Part shown: positions 28,866 through 38,056 of the stretch, piece by piece
Layout of the letters: every line of letters begins with the position of its first letter
How positions within the stretch are numbered: the first letter of the stretch is position 1
DNA from: Chloroflexota bacterium
GTDB taxonomy: Bacteria; Chloroflexota; Dehalococcoidia; UBA2979
Length of the DNA stretch: 64,000 nucleotides
Assembly: GCA_027593235.1 (NCBI GenBank)
Contig: JAQCIU010000008.1
Coordinates: 47,871-111,870, forward strand
Direction: 5' to 3'
The notes under the pieces: generated by a model
Told to the model about the DNA's origin: nothing
The model's input: the letters and a program-made list of their open reading frames with translations, nothing else
The model's database searches: none
Translations under genes and position numbers: made by a program

Positions 28866-30419
28866 TTAGGTCGCGCGGCGCGCTCGTTCCACCCGGGAGT
28901 GTAACCGCGCCAGGCGATACTCGATGGCTGTCACCAGGCGCGCGCTGCGCCGCTGATCATGCCGCTGGAGTTGCGCCGCCACGTGCCGGGCCGCTGCCTC
29001 AGTGTGTGCGATCGCGCGTTCATAATCGCGCTGATCGTGCTCGTAGTACATCGCCAGTTCGATCAGCGGACCCAGTGGCGCACGCGCCGGGATCGCCAGC
29101 GCCTCGTGCCACAGTTGCGCCGCGAGGGCGCGTGCGCCCCGTCGCTTGTGCAGCGCCGCCAGCCGCAGCAGCGCCTCCTCGCGGACCATCGCCTCCTGCG
29201 AACCTCCGAGGGCCGGGCGACCCGCCGGCGCGTACGCGGTCCGCCCCGCGTAGGCTCGCGACACCACACTCGACCGCCCCGTCGACGGCGACTCGCCCGC
29301 CTCGGCGGCGGCGATCAACTGCGGATCCTCCGCTGCTGCGTCCGCCCGCCTCGCACGCTCCAGGTACGTGACCGCCCGGTCATCGAGGCCACGCGCGGCC
29401 AGCAGACGACCGAGCCCCAGCGCATCGCGCTGCCCCGGCGCGCGACCCGCATCGAGGTGTGCCGCATGCCACGCGAGCAGACCGACCATCCCCACCACGT
29501 CCAGTTCGTTGTGCTCGATGATCGGCGTCAGCATCCGCTGATCGCCGGTGCGCAGGAACCGGAAGTACCAGTGAGGCACCTCCGCCCCGGGAATGTCCTC
29601 GGACGGGCGCGTCATCCCCAGGATCTCGTGCTCCATCGTCGCGAGCTTGCAGTTGGGTAACAGCGACCGGTACCCCGTCCGCGCCGGTCGCAAGAGGTCG
29701 AGTTGCCGCAGACCGTAGAACCCGGCGCGCCGCCGATGCATCGTGGCCCGCTCGTCGAGCAATGGCGCGTCGAAGGTCCGCCCGTTGTAGGTGACCAGTA
29801 CCGGATCGTCCGCGAAGCGAGCGTCCGCGATCAGCGCCTCCAGCAATCCCGCTTCCTCCGGCGGCGATTCAGCGAGGTACTGCGCGAGCACGAGTTCGGT
29901 CGGCGCGCCCGCCGCGTCGACCTCAAAGCGCGCGGTCGCGACGAGGAACGCGATCGCGCCCGCACCGCCGAGGCCCGTGGTCTCGATATCGAGGAAGTAG
30001 AGGTCGCCGAGCGCTGCGTCCGCGAGCCCCTCCTCGGGCGCCAGTAGTTCCAGCGTTTCCGCCGAGAGCGCGGTGATCTCCGCGAGCGGCTGATGTCCCG
30101 CCTCGTGGCTCAGCGGGTAGCGCACCTCGCGGTACGTGAACGGGCCGCGCTCCGTCTCGCGTCGCGTCGCGCTCGCAAGCAGGTTCCGAGGTGCGCCCTC
30201 CTCGTACGGCACGGGCGCCGGATGCGGCTCCGGCACCCGGAGCCGCGGCGCGCGATTCTCGATGTCGGCAATCAGCGCGCGCAACCGGACGCGCGTCGCG
30301 GCCGCCTCGGCCACCGTCCGTGGACGCCGCGCATCGAGGCTCGCCGGCGCGCCCGAGTTGGAGCGATCGTCGGATCGCTTTTCCTCCGGAATGGCTGTCG
30401 CCTGCAGCGTTGTGATCAC
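28866..30419 (-). CDS. mrfB: MrfB/YprB-type RNase H-like exonuclease with TPR C-terminus
   Basis: FLDIETTGLGG, VTYNGRTFD, DLL, HNELDV, ELAMYYEH; GTGA overlap with the dinB-family stop. Confidence 0.85.
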   Translation of the reverse strand: MITTLQATAIPEEKRSDDRSNSGAPASLDARRPRTVAEAAATRVRLRALIADIENRAPRLRVPEPHPAPVPYEEGAPRNLLASATRRETERGPFTYREVRYPLSHEAGHQPLAEITALSAETLELLAPEEGLADAALGDLYFLDIETTGLGGAGAIAFLVATARFEVDAAGAPTELVLAQYLAESPPEEAGLLEALIADARFADDPVLVTYNGRTFDAPLLDERATMHRRRAGFYGLRQLDLLRPARTGYRSLLPNCKLATMEHEILGMTRPSEDIPGAEVPHWYFRFLRTGDQRMLTPIIEHNELDVVGMVGLLAWHAAHLDAGRAPGQRDALGLGRLLAARGLDDRAVTYLERARRADAAAEDPQLIAAAEAGESPSTGRSSVVSRAYAGRTAYAPAGRPALGGSQEAMVREEALLRLAALHKRRGARALAAQLWHEALAIPARAPLGPLIELAMYYEHDQRDYERAIAHTEAAARHVAAQLQRHDQRRSARLVTAIEYRLARLHSRVERARRAT

Positions 30420-30907
30420 AGCAGGTCGAGATCGCCCGGCGAATGCCCGAGCGCCGTCAACATCAGCGCCGCCTCGCTGCGGTGCTGGGTGCCATGGTTC
30501 ACGACGTGCAGCAGCGACTCCCACAACCAGCTGGTAACCGTGAAACCGTCGCGGCGCACCCGGCTTGGCTCCCGCGCGAAATCCGCATCGACGCCCAATG
30601 TCTCGAGGAAGGTGCTCGTGTCCGCCGCGACCTCACGCCAGAAGGCGCGCACGGCCTCGAGGTCCGCATAGTCCGCGCCGAGGAAGCGCCGCTCCCACGA
30701 GTCCTCGCCCGACATCGAGCCGTTCCACCAATCGAGGTGGACGCGCTGCGACGAGGCGAGGTGGACCAGCGTGTCGCGGAGCGAGGGCTGGCCCACGACG
30801 ATCTCGCGGGTGAAGTCCTCGCGCGGGAGCGCCTCGCAGCAAGCGAGCACCCGCTCGGTCATCTCCTCGTGGTAGGCATACAGCCGCAATACCGCGTCCC
30901 GGATCAC
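30416..30907 (-). CDS. DinB/YfiT-family protein (His-triad; not DNA Pol IV)
   Basis: SLRDTLVHL ... LLHVVNHGTQHRSE ... GHSPGDLD; GTG start 4 nt after the mrfA stop. Confidence 0.9.
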   Translation of the reverse strand: MIRDAVLRLYAYHEEMTERVLACCEALPREDFTREIVVGQPSLRDTLVHLASSQRVHLDWWNGSMSGEDSWERRFLGADYADLEAVRAFWREVAADTSTFLETLGVDADFAREPSRVRRDGFTVTSWLWESLLHVVNHGTQHRSEAALMLTALGHSPGDLDLL

Positions 30908-30911
30908 GGGT

Positions 30912-33260
30912 CTACCCCGCCACCGCGGTCGCCAGCTCCGGGGCGGGCGCCAGCCCGCTGCTCGCGGTGAGGCGATCGAGCGCAGCCGTGACCAACGCCT
31001 TCGCGCTGAGGCCCGGAGCCGCCGGCGGACCGACACAGCCCGGGCAGCCATCGTTACAGGCGCAGTCCGCCAGCATCGTCCGCGCCACCGCCAGCAGCTC
31101 CAACGTGTGCTCGAACAGGTGCTCGGAGAACCCAACCCCGCCGGGCACGGACTCCCAGAGAAAGACCGTTGGCCGCCCGGTGTGCGGAGCCTTGATCTGG
31201 CTCTCCAGGTGGAGATCACGCGGGTCGCTCATCAGCATCAGCGGCGCGACGTTGTGCAGGAGCTGGCCCAGACCGTGCAGCGCGCCCTCCACCATCGAGT
31301 TCCGCGCGCCCGCGACCAGGTCATCCGGCAGACTCAGCCAGAACGCGCTGGTGTGCATGTCGTCCTGCGGCAGACGAATCTTGCCCCACCCAATGTTCTC
31401 GTGCGTGCGCAAGCGGATCTTCTTGAAGATCGTCGCCAGGTAAGTGATCCCGACCTCGCCGTGACCGTAGTTCGCCGGGGCATCTCGCGCGTCGAACTCG
31501 TTCAGCACCTTCAGGTCCACCGACAGGTGGGCATCCGTGTAGTAGTCGACATCCACCGCGTGGACGTAGGCCTTCAGCTCCTCCCAGTCGAGGCGATCGA
31601 CGTGGTACTGGCGGCCGTCGTGCACGTAAATCGCCTGATCGTGGACGAGCAATCGTGCGGCCGCCGGATCGATCTGCCCTATGACCGTTGCGTCGCGACT
31701 GCGTTCAATCTCGTGCCGCACCGGCGGCGCGCCATGATCGAGGATCACCACATTCTGATCCGGCCCGGACCGGAGCGACACCTCGTCAGCCGGGTACGCC
31801 TCGTTCATCCAGTACGCGCGCTCGCCCGCGAGGTGGATCAGCCCGCCCTCCTCCAGCGCATCCAGCAGTACCGCCGTGTGTTCGCCGAGGGCGCTGTGCT
31901 CGTCCGCCTCCACCGGCAGCTCGAAGACGGCGCACTTCAGGTGCTCGGCGGCGATCAGCGGGTTGTCCGGATCAATCAAGCCCGCCTCGACAGGCGCGCC
32001 GAACACGTAGTCCGGGTGGTTGACGACGTACTGGTCCAGCGGCCCCGACCCCGCGATGAAGACCGCCAGCGAGCAGTCGGCCCGCCGCCCCGCGCGACCC
32101 GCCTGCTGCCAGAGGCTCGCGAGGGTGCCCGGGTATCCGGCGACCACCGTCGCATCGAGTCCACCGATGTCGATGCCGAGTTCGAGCGCGTTCGTTCCGA
32201 CGACCGTCCGGATCTCGCCGCTGCGCAGCCCCGCCTCGATCGCTCGCCGTTCCTTCGGCAGGTACCCGGCGCGGTAGCCGCGCACCGGGTTGGGCGCGCC
32301 GGCATGGCGAGGTCGCCCGCCCGGCAACTCCCTCAGATAGGTCGTGAGCAGCTCGACGTTCGTGCGCGAGCCGGCGAACACCAGCGTCTGCGGACCGTGA
32401 TCCTGGATCAGCGCTGCAATGTCGGTTGCGGACCGAATCACCCCGCGCCGGATCCCCAGTTCGGCGTTCACGACCGGCGGGTTGTAGAGCACCACGTGGC
32501 GCTCGCCCCGCGGCGCGCCGCTGTCGGCAACCAGCGTGACCTCGTGACCGGTCAGCTCGCCGGCCAGCTCGGCCGGATTGCGGATCGTCGCGGAGCAACA
32601 GATGAAGGTGGGATCGGCGCCGTAGAACCGGCAGATGCGCTGCAGCCGCCGCAGCACGTTGCCCACGTGCGAGCCGAACACCCCGCGATAGGTGTGCAGT
32701 TCGTCGATCACGATGTAGCGGAGGTTCTCGAACAGCCGCACCCACTTCGTGTGGTGCGGAAGGATCGAGGTGTGGAGCATGTCCGGGTTCGTCAGCACCA
32801 CGTGGCCCGCTGTGCGCACACGGCGGCGCTCGGCGGGCGCGGTGTCCCCGTCGTACGTGAACGTCTTGACGTCGATCTCCGCCTCGGTAATCAGCTCGTG
32901 CAGCTCGTTGAGCTGATCCTGGGCGAGCGCCTTGGTCGGAAAGAGGTACAACGCGCGCGCATCCGGGTCGCGCAGGATCGATTCCAGGACCGGCACGTTG
33001 TAGCAAAGCGTCTTGCCGGAAGCGGTCGGGGTGACGACCACTGTGTCCCGCCCCTCCAGCGCCAACTCGATCGCGCGTGCCTGGTGCGTATACGGACGCT
33101 GAATCCCTCGCCGCGCCAGGGCCTCGATAACGCGCGTATCCAGGTTCGCCGGCCACTGCTCGTAGCGCGGTGGCTCAGCCGCCAGCACGCGCCACTCAAC
33201 CACGTTGGGGGCGAGGCTGGGATCAGTGCGGAGTTCCTGGATCGCGTCGGCGAGGGACAT
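30912..33260 (-). CDS. mrfA: MrfA/Hrq1-like DEAD/H helicase with DUF1998 Zn domain
   Basis: PTASGKT, PTKALAQDQ, DELH, SAT, ALELGIDIG, QQAGRAGR, CACNDGCPGC. Confidence 0.93.
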   Translation of the reverse strand: MSLADAIQELRTDPSLAPNVVEWRVLAAEPPRYEQWPANLDTRVIEALARRGIQRPYTHQARAIELALEGRDTVVVTPTASGKTLCYNVPVLESILRDPDARALYLFPTKALAQDQLNELHELITEAEIDVKTFTYDGDTAPAERRRVRTAGHVVLTNPDMLHTSILPHHTKWVRLFENLRYIVIDELHTYRGVFGSHVGNVLRRLQRICRFYGADPTFICCSATIRNPAELAGELTGHEVTLVADSGAPRGERHVVLYNPPVVNAELGIRRGVIRSATDIAALIQDHGPQTLVFAGSRTNVELLTTYLRELPGGRPRHAGAPNPVRGYRAGYLPKERRAIEAGLRSGEIRTVVGTNALELGIDIGGLDATVVAGYPGTLASLWQQAGRAGRRADCSLAVFIAGSGPLDQYVVNHPDYVFGAPVEAGLIDPDNPLIAAEHLKCAVFELPVEADEHSALGEHTAVLLDALEEGGLIHLAGERAYWMNEAYPADEVSLRSGPDQNVVILDHGAPPVRHEIERSRDATVIGQIDPAAARLLVHDQAIYVHDGRQYHVDRLDWEELKAYVHAVDVDYYTDAHLSVDLKVLNEFDARDAPANYGHGEVGITYLATIFKKIRLRTHENIGWGKIRLPQDDMHTSAFWLSLPDDLVAGARNSMVEGALHGLGQLLHNVAPLMLMSDPRDLHLESQIKAPHTGRPTVFLWESVPGGVGFSEHLFEHTLELLAVARTMLADCACNDGCPGCVGPPAAPGLSAKALVTAALDRLTASSGLAPAPELATAVAG

Positions 33261-33341
33261 GGCTGCGCACACTCCTCGGTGGGCGCACCGTACTCGACAA
33301 GCCGCGCCTACCTCGAGTGCTGCGCGGCCCCGCTCCGCGTC

Positions 33342-33396
33342 AGCACGGATGTTCTGTAGCGCACGATGGTAGTGGTAGCACAGGTGTTCTTGTCAA
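33342..33396 (-). promoter_or_regulatory. mrfA promoter (TTGACA) with two LexA-like boxes
   Basis: Minus strand: TTGACA directly followed by AGAAC-ACCT-GTGCT (33390-33377), second copy AGAAC-ATCC-GTGCT (33355-33342). Confidence 0.75.
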
Positions 33397-33489
33397 GGCG
33401 GCAGATCACCCTCGGTGCTGCGATCGGGGAACCGGCACCGGGAGATGCGATCACGGGTGAACCGGCACGGGAACTCGCGACTGCAAGGC

Positions 33490-34305
33490 TCAGGCGAAGA
33501 GGCTAAGGCCGTGAAGGTCGAGGAGCGGGGTCGAGAGCAGCGCTGCTTGAAGCGCGACGAGGAGAAACGCAACGCACACACCGGCGAGAAACAACATCCG
33601 CGAGATCGGTGTGTGCGGGTCGCTGACCTGCGGCGGGAACGGCAGCAACAGCACCAGCTCCGCGACGCCGAGGAGAAGCAGCGTGAGCACGGCCGTCACC
33701 GCGGCCCAGCCGAGCGAGGCGCCGTACCCAAACAGCAACGTCGAGGGGACGAGCAGCGCGAGCCCGAAGAGCGCGCCGGTCGCCGCGGGATGGCGAAGAT
33801 CGCGACCCAGCGCGGTCGCCGTCGAGCGGGCCTTCTTCTCGCCGGACACCGCGTGCATCAGGCGAACCTCGGCGGACCTGCCAGCGTGATCGCGGCCCAG
33901 TGCCGCCTGCTCCTCGCGGTCGACGGCGACCCTCGGACGCCAGCCGATCCAGCGCATCGAAAACAATGTCAGCGCTCCCATCACCAGCACCGAGCCGAAG
34001 AAGGCCGGGCCGCGCGTCCACCGGTAGAGGTTGGCTTCCAGCACGACGTGGAGCGGTCGCACGCAGCCCGAGGGGACGGCGCTGCCGATCTCCGCTCGGT
34101 CGTAGCAGCCCTGGCTGACGTTCGCCTCAAAGACCGGGTAGAGGTTGGAGTCCCAGACGACGACCGGCTGTGGCTCACCGGACGGGTTCGCCTCGACATG
34201 CCGGCCCTCGACGGATCGTTCCACGGTCGCGCAGCCGGACGCGAATACGGCCACGACGAACGCGAGCGCGCAGGTCCAACGGCGGCAGGAGAGGCGCGTC
34301 AGCAT
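33490..34305 (-). CDS. Lipoprotein-signal polytopic membrane protein, unknown function (paralog A)
   Basis: ASGC lipobox; VVWDSNLYP, C..AEIG..VP..C; about four TM segments; ISRMLFL. Confidence 0.7.
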   Translation of the reverse strand: MLTRLSCRRWTCALAFVVAVFASGCATVERSVEGRHVEANPSGEPQPVVVWDSNLYPVFEANVSQGCYDRAEIGSAVPSGCVRPLHVVLEANLYRWTRGPAFFGSVLVMGALTLFSMRWIGWRPRVAVDREEQAALGRDHAGRSAEVRLMHAVSGEKKARSTATALGRDLRHPAATGALFGLALLVPSTLLFGYGASLGWAAVTAVLTLLLLGVAELVLLLPFPPQVSDPHTPISRMLFLAGVCVAFLLVALQAALLSTPLLDLHGLSLFA

Positions 34306-34388
34306 CGAGCGAGGATAGCCGACACCGTGGTGGCCAAAGCGCGACGTATCGGCACATCCACCACCCGCGAGGCTGACGAGGGCACCGG

Positions 34389-35198
34389 TCACCCCAGCGG
34401 CGCGATCCCGTTGAGTTCCACCAGCGGTGCGTGGATCAGCACCGCCGCGAGAAACGCCCCCGCCGTGAGCACCGCGGTCGCACCACCGAGGAACAGCAGC
34501 CGCGAAATGTATGCGTCCGGATCAGCGGGACGTGGAGGCAGGCGGAGCAGCAGCAGCACCACGGCGATCGCGAGGCCCATGAACATCGCCGTGCCTGTGT
34601 GGATCGCCCACGCCATCGTCGCGCCGTACCCGATCAGCAACGTCGCCGGCACGAGCGAACCCGCCGCGATCGCGGCGCCCACGAGCGCCGGCCACCGCAC
34701 GTCGCGACGGCCTCCAGTCGCGACACGCTGCGCCGCCTTCTCCTGCGTGATGCCCCGCATCAGCGCGATCGCGTCGGTACCGCCACCCGCGGGTGCGCCG
34801 CTCCCGCCGCTCTGTCGAGCCACCGAGGCCTGCCATGCCACCCGTCGCGCGGCGAACCAGAGCAGCGCGAGGATGGCAAGCGCGGTCGCCGCGTAGGCAA
34901 TCACGGGCGCCTGTGCGTGGGGATCGGACTCATCGAGGATCGCTCGCGCGGTGAGGCATGGCGCCGGAACGACCCCGCCGATGACGGCCGCCTCCCAGCA
35001 GGTATCCCCGGCGTGTGTCTGATGGTCGGGATACCGATTCGATTCCCAGACGATCGCGCGCTCGATTGACCCGTGCTCATCCTGCAGGAAGTCGCGCTGA
35101 GTGACCGTGCGATCGACCTCCGCGCACCCGGCGAGTACCAGGCCGCCGGCGAGAGCGAGCGCGAGAACGAGCATTCGAGAACGGGCGGCTGTGCGCAT
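34389..35198 (-). CDS. Lipoprotein-signal polytopic membrane protein, unknown function (paralog B)
   Basis: LAGC lipobox; IVWESNRYP, C..AVIG..VP..C; ISRLLFL. Confidence 0.7.
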   Translation of the reverse strand: MRTAARSRMLVLALALAGGLVLAGCAEVDRTVTQRDFLQDEHGSIERAIVWESNRYPDHQTHAGDTCWEAAVIGGVVPAPCLTARAILDESDPHAQAPVIAYAATALAILALLWFAARRVAWQASVARQSGGSGAPAGGGTDAIALMRGITQEKAAQRVATGGRRDVRWPALVGAAIAAGSLVPATLLIGYGATMAWAIHTGTAMFMGLAIAVVLLLLRLPPRPADPDAYISRLLFLGGATAVLTAGAFLAAVLIHAPLVELNGIAPLG

Positions 35199-35283
35199 CA
35201 CGGCAGCATAACGAACCGGATGTCGACCGCACCGCGACGGTGCGAGGATGGGGTCGCGACGCTCAGCACGCTCGGGGGACGCA

Positions 35284-36189
35284 ATGAACGAACGAAACGA
35301 CCAGCCGGACAGCCGCCCCTGGCGGGTCTCGATGCACGGCGGGCACAGCAGCGAGGGATCCTCGCATGGCCGCAGCACCCTCACCGAGATCCTCGAGACC
35401 GCGGTCGCGCGCGGCATGGTCACCTACGGCGTGTCCAATCACGCCCCGCCGAGCGCGGAGCGCTTCCTCTACGACGATGAACGTGCGGCCGGGCTCGACC
35501 TCGCAGGGCGGCGCGCCCAGTTCGAGGTCTACGCAGCCGCATCGGCAGCCGCGGTGGACACCTTCGCCGGTCGGCTCGAGGTCCTCCGTGGCTTCGAAAT
35601 GGAGGTCGTGCCAACGGCGTCCTACGTCACCGAGATGCAGGAGCTGCGTCAGCGCCACGGCTTCGACTACGCCGTCGGTTCGGTGCATCACGTAGAAGAG
35701 CTGCCGATCGACGTCTCACCGGCGCTGTTCGATGAGGCAGCGGCCCGCTGCGGCGGTCTCGAGGGGTTGCTGGTGCGCTATTACCAGCGCGTGACGGAGA
35801 TGGTGATCGCGCTCCGTCCGGAGGTGGTCGCCCACTTCGACCTCCCGCGGCTGTTCGCCGAGGGCGATCCGGCGCACGCGGCCGCTGGTCCACGCACCGC
35901 CGCCAGCGAGGCACTTCGCGTGATCGCCGATCAGGGCGCGCTGCTCGAGGTGAATACCGCGGGCTTCCGCAAGGGTCTGCGTGGCGCCTACCCGGCGCCG
36001 TGGGTCGTCGAGGAGGCGCGTGACCTCGGCATCGCGCTGACCTTCAGCGATGACAGCCACCACGTGGACCACGTTGCCGCCGACCTCGAGAAAGCGCGTG
36101 CTTACCTGCTGGCGTACCGCGTGCGCACCATTGGCAGCCTGGGTCGCGCGACAGATGGGTTGATCGAACGTCGAGAGATACCGCTCTAG
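35284..36189 (+). CDS. PHP-family histidinol-phosphatase (HisJ/HisK type)
   Basis: SMHGGHS, SNHAP, GSVHH, VAHFDL, LEVNTAG, SDDSH. Confidence 0.88.
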   Translation: MNERNDQPDSRPWRVSMHGGHSSEGSSHGRSTLTEILETAVARGMVTYGVSNHAPPSAERFLYDDERAAGLDLAGRRAQFEVYAAASAAAVDTFAGRLEVLRGFEMEVVPTASYVTEMQELRQRHGFDYAVGSVHHVEELPIDVSPALFDEAAARCGGLEGLLVRYYQRVTEMVIALRPEVVAHFDLPRLFAEGDPAHAAAGPRTAASEALRVIADQGALLEVNTAGFRKGLRGAYPAPWVVEEARDLGIALTFSDDSHHVDHVAADLEKARAYLLAYRVRTIGSLGRATDGLIERREIPL

Positions 36190-36217
36190 TGGCCGCGCCC
36201 GATCTGGGAGATGTGGC

Positions 36218-37144
36218 TCAGCGGTCGGTGAAGATGGACGTGATGATTACGGTGCCGTCTTCGCCAACGTACGAGCCAACGCCGACTCGGGTGTAGGCGC
36301 CCTTGAGGATGTTCGCGCGATGGGTCGGGCTGTTCATCAGCGCTTCGAAGCCGATCTCGACCGAAAGCTGAACGTCGCCGAACGACTGGACCAGGTTCTC
36401 GCCAGCGGCAGAGAACGTAACGCCCGCGTTCGCCAGCAGCTCGTATGCCGAATGACCGCCCGGGAAGAAGTGCGCGAAGTACCCCAGCCGGATCATCTCT
36501 TCCGAGCGGGCACGGGCGACCGACGTCAGATCAGCACGCGCCGTCACGGGCGACAGGCCCGCGTCGAGGCGCGCCCGGTTCATCGCAGCCAGCAGCAGCG
36601 ACTCGCGCGCTGAGAGCGCAACCCCGCCCGAGGTGTCGACGACCGGCGGGCCGGCAGCGACTGGCGGTGTTGCCGCAGGCTGCGGCGTAGGCGTCGGTGC
36701 CGGTGTCTGCGTGGCAACAGGAACCTGGGTTGGGGCGACTGTTGGTGCCGCCGTGGCCGTCGGGCGGGCCTCCGGCGCAGGCTCAGGGCCAGCCGCCTGC
36801 TGCCGCAGCCGGGCCGCATCTTCGCGTGCCCGCACCAGGAGATCCTGTGTCTGAGCGAGTTCGTCGGCCGATTCGGGGCGGCGCGCGATTCCCTCGAAGT
36901 CGAGGACCGGCGCAGTGTCGGGCGGAAACACGCCGCTCAGCATGTCCACCTGCCGGGCCAGCGTCGGCTGACCCTCGGCGGTTGCTCCGGTGGCGGCGGG
37001 TAGCGTCGGCCAGCTCAGTAGCACGACCGCAGCGGCAAGCGGTAAGGCGGGGAGCAGCCAAGCGATCGGAATCCGCAGGAGGCGGGGCCCGGAAGGGGCG
37101 GTTGGGCCGCCTCGGGAGGGGTCGTCGTCGCGCCGTTCCTGCAT
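36218..37144 (-). CDS. CAP/SCP-domain exported protein
   Basis: MNRAR, ARARSEEM..GYFAH, GENL, MNSPTHRANIL, VGVG; TM plus Pro/Thr linker. Confidence 0.88.
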   Translation of the reverse strand: MQERRDDDPSRGGPTAPSGPRLLRIPIAWLLPALPLAAAVVLLSWPTLPAATGATAEGQPTLARQVDMLSGVFPPDTAPVLDFEGIARRPESADELAQTQDLLVRAREDAARLRQQAAGPEPAPEARPTATAAPTVAPTQVPVATQTPAPTPTPQPAATPPVAAGPPVVDTSGGVALSARESLLLAAMNRARLDAGLSPVTARADLTSVARARSEEMIRLGYFAHFFPGGHSAYELLANAGVTFSAAGENLVQSFGDVQLSVEIGFEALMNSPTHRANILKGAYTRVGVGSYVGEDGTVIITSIFTDR

Positions 37145-37352
37145 GCAACTGATCGTCTGTCGCCACACGATCGAAGCTGATCGGGAGATGCCCTCGAACG
37201 CGCGAAACCGGCCCTGACCAGGACCGGTTCGCTCCACGAGCCTCGCGCGGGGCCTGCCTTAGGCGAAGACCTGTTGGGGCGCGACCTCTGGTTTACGGCA
37301 GCTTTGACGGGCGGCCGCCTCGACCGCCCGTGCCCCAACGCCGCTGCGGGGA

Positions 37353-37760
37353 CTACGCCGAAAGGCGACGAATCGAACGTGGCGCGGCAACGGCGGCAGC
37401 ACGGCCAGCTCGTACCAACCGGGCGGCACGCGCGGCAAGCACATCCGCCGAGGACGGCCAGGCAATCACCGCGTCGAAGCCGTCGTGCATCAGCGCGTCG
37501 ATCTGTGGATAGGACAGTGGGGCCGACGTCGCGAGAATCCGCGGACCGTCGAAGTCCCTGAGCTCACTCGAGCGGCCGTGCGCCAGGTTGTCTGTCGTGT
37601 CGACGACGACAAGCGCGTCGGCCCAGCCCAGCGAGGCGTTGTCGGTAAAGGCGCGTTCCGGTTCGTCCGTCCACGTTTGCACGGCGTAGGCGCCAAATGC
37701 CTCAGCCAGGGCGGCGGTCTGCGCGGGAGCGCCAAGAATCAGGATTGCGGGACCGTACAT
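37353..37760 (-). CDS. Stand-alone degenerate receiver-like domain protein
   Basis: GGAGG RBS; AILILG...DALVVVD...PRILATS...GFDAVIAWP follows the CheY-like pattern. Confidence 0.55.
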   Translation of the reverse strand: MYGPAILILGAPAQTAALAEAFGAYAVQTWTDEPERAFTDNASLGWADALVVVDTTDNLAHGRSSELRDFDGPRILATSAPLSYPQIDALMHDGFDAVIAWPSSADVLAARAARLVRAGRAAAVAAPRSIRRLSA

Positions 37761-38056
37761 AGGACACCTCCGAGACTGTCAATTTCACCACCCGAACTTG
37801 CGAGCGGCTGACCCGTCTACCTTCCGATCTTCGTCGGCCCCGCTGACGCTCTCTAGCCATCGAGGGCGGCCAACCCCCTGATCCGGTCGCCGCGCGGCTG
37901 ATTCCTACACCCTCGTAACCTTCGGTCGGTAATTCCGCCGAGGGTTCAGAGGATCTCCGATCGATCCGAAAACCATTCATAGGGACTTCATAAGAATCGG
38001 CCGCTCGGCTCGTTGGCAGTGCCACGGGGCGGACGGACCGGGACCGATGACCACTG

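Noticed and set aside
30416-30907. DNA polymerase IV (dinB)
   Set aside because: 163-aa four-helix His-triad DinB/YfiT family protein, not a Y-family polymerase; gene symbol withheld.
37259-37340. c-di-GMP-I riboswitch upstream of the CAP gene
   Set aside because: Only a superficial CAAAGC...TAAACC resemblance; the P1/P2 GNRA-receptor architecture could not be built.
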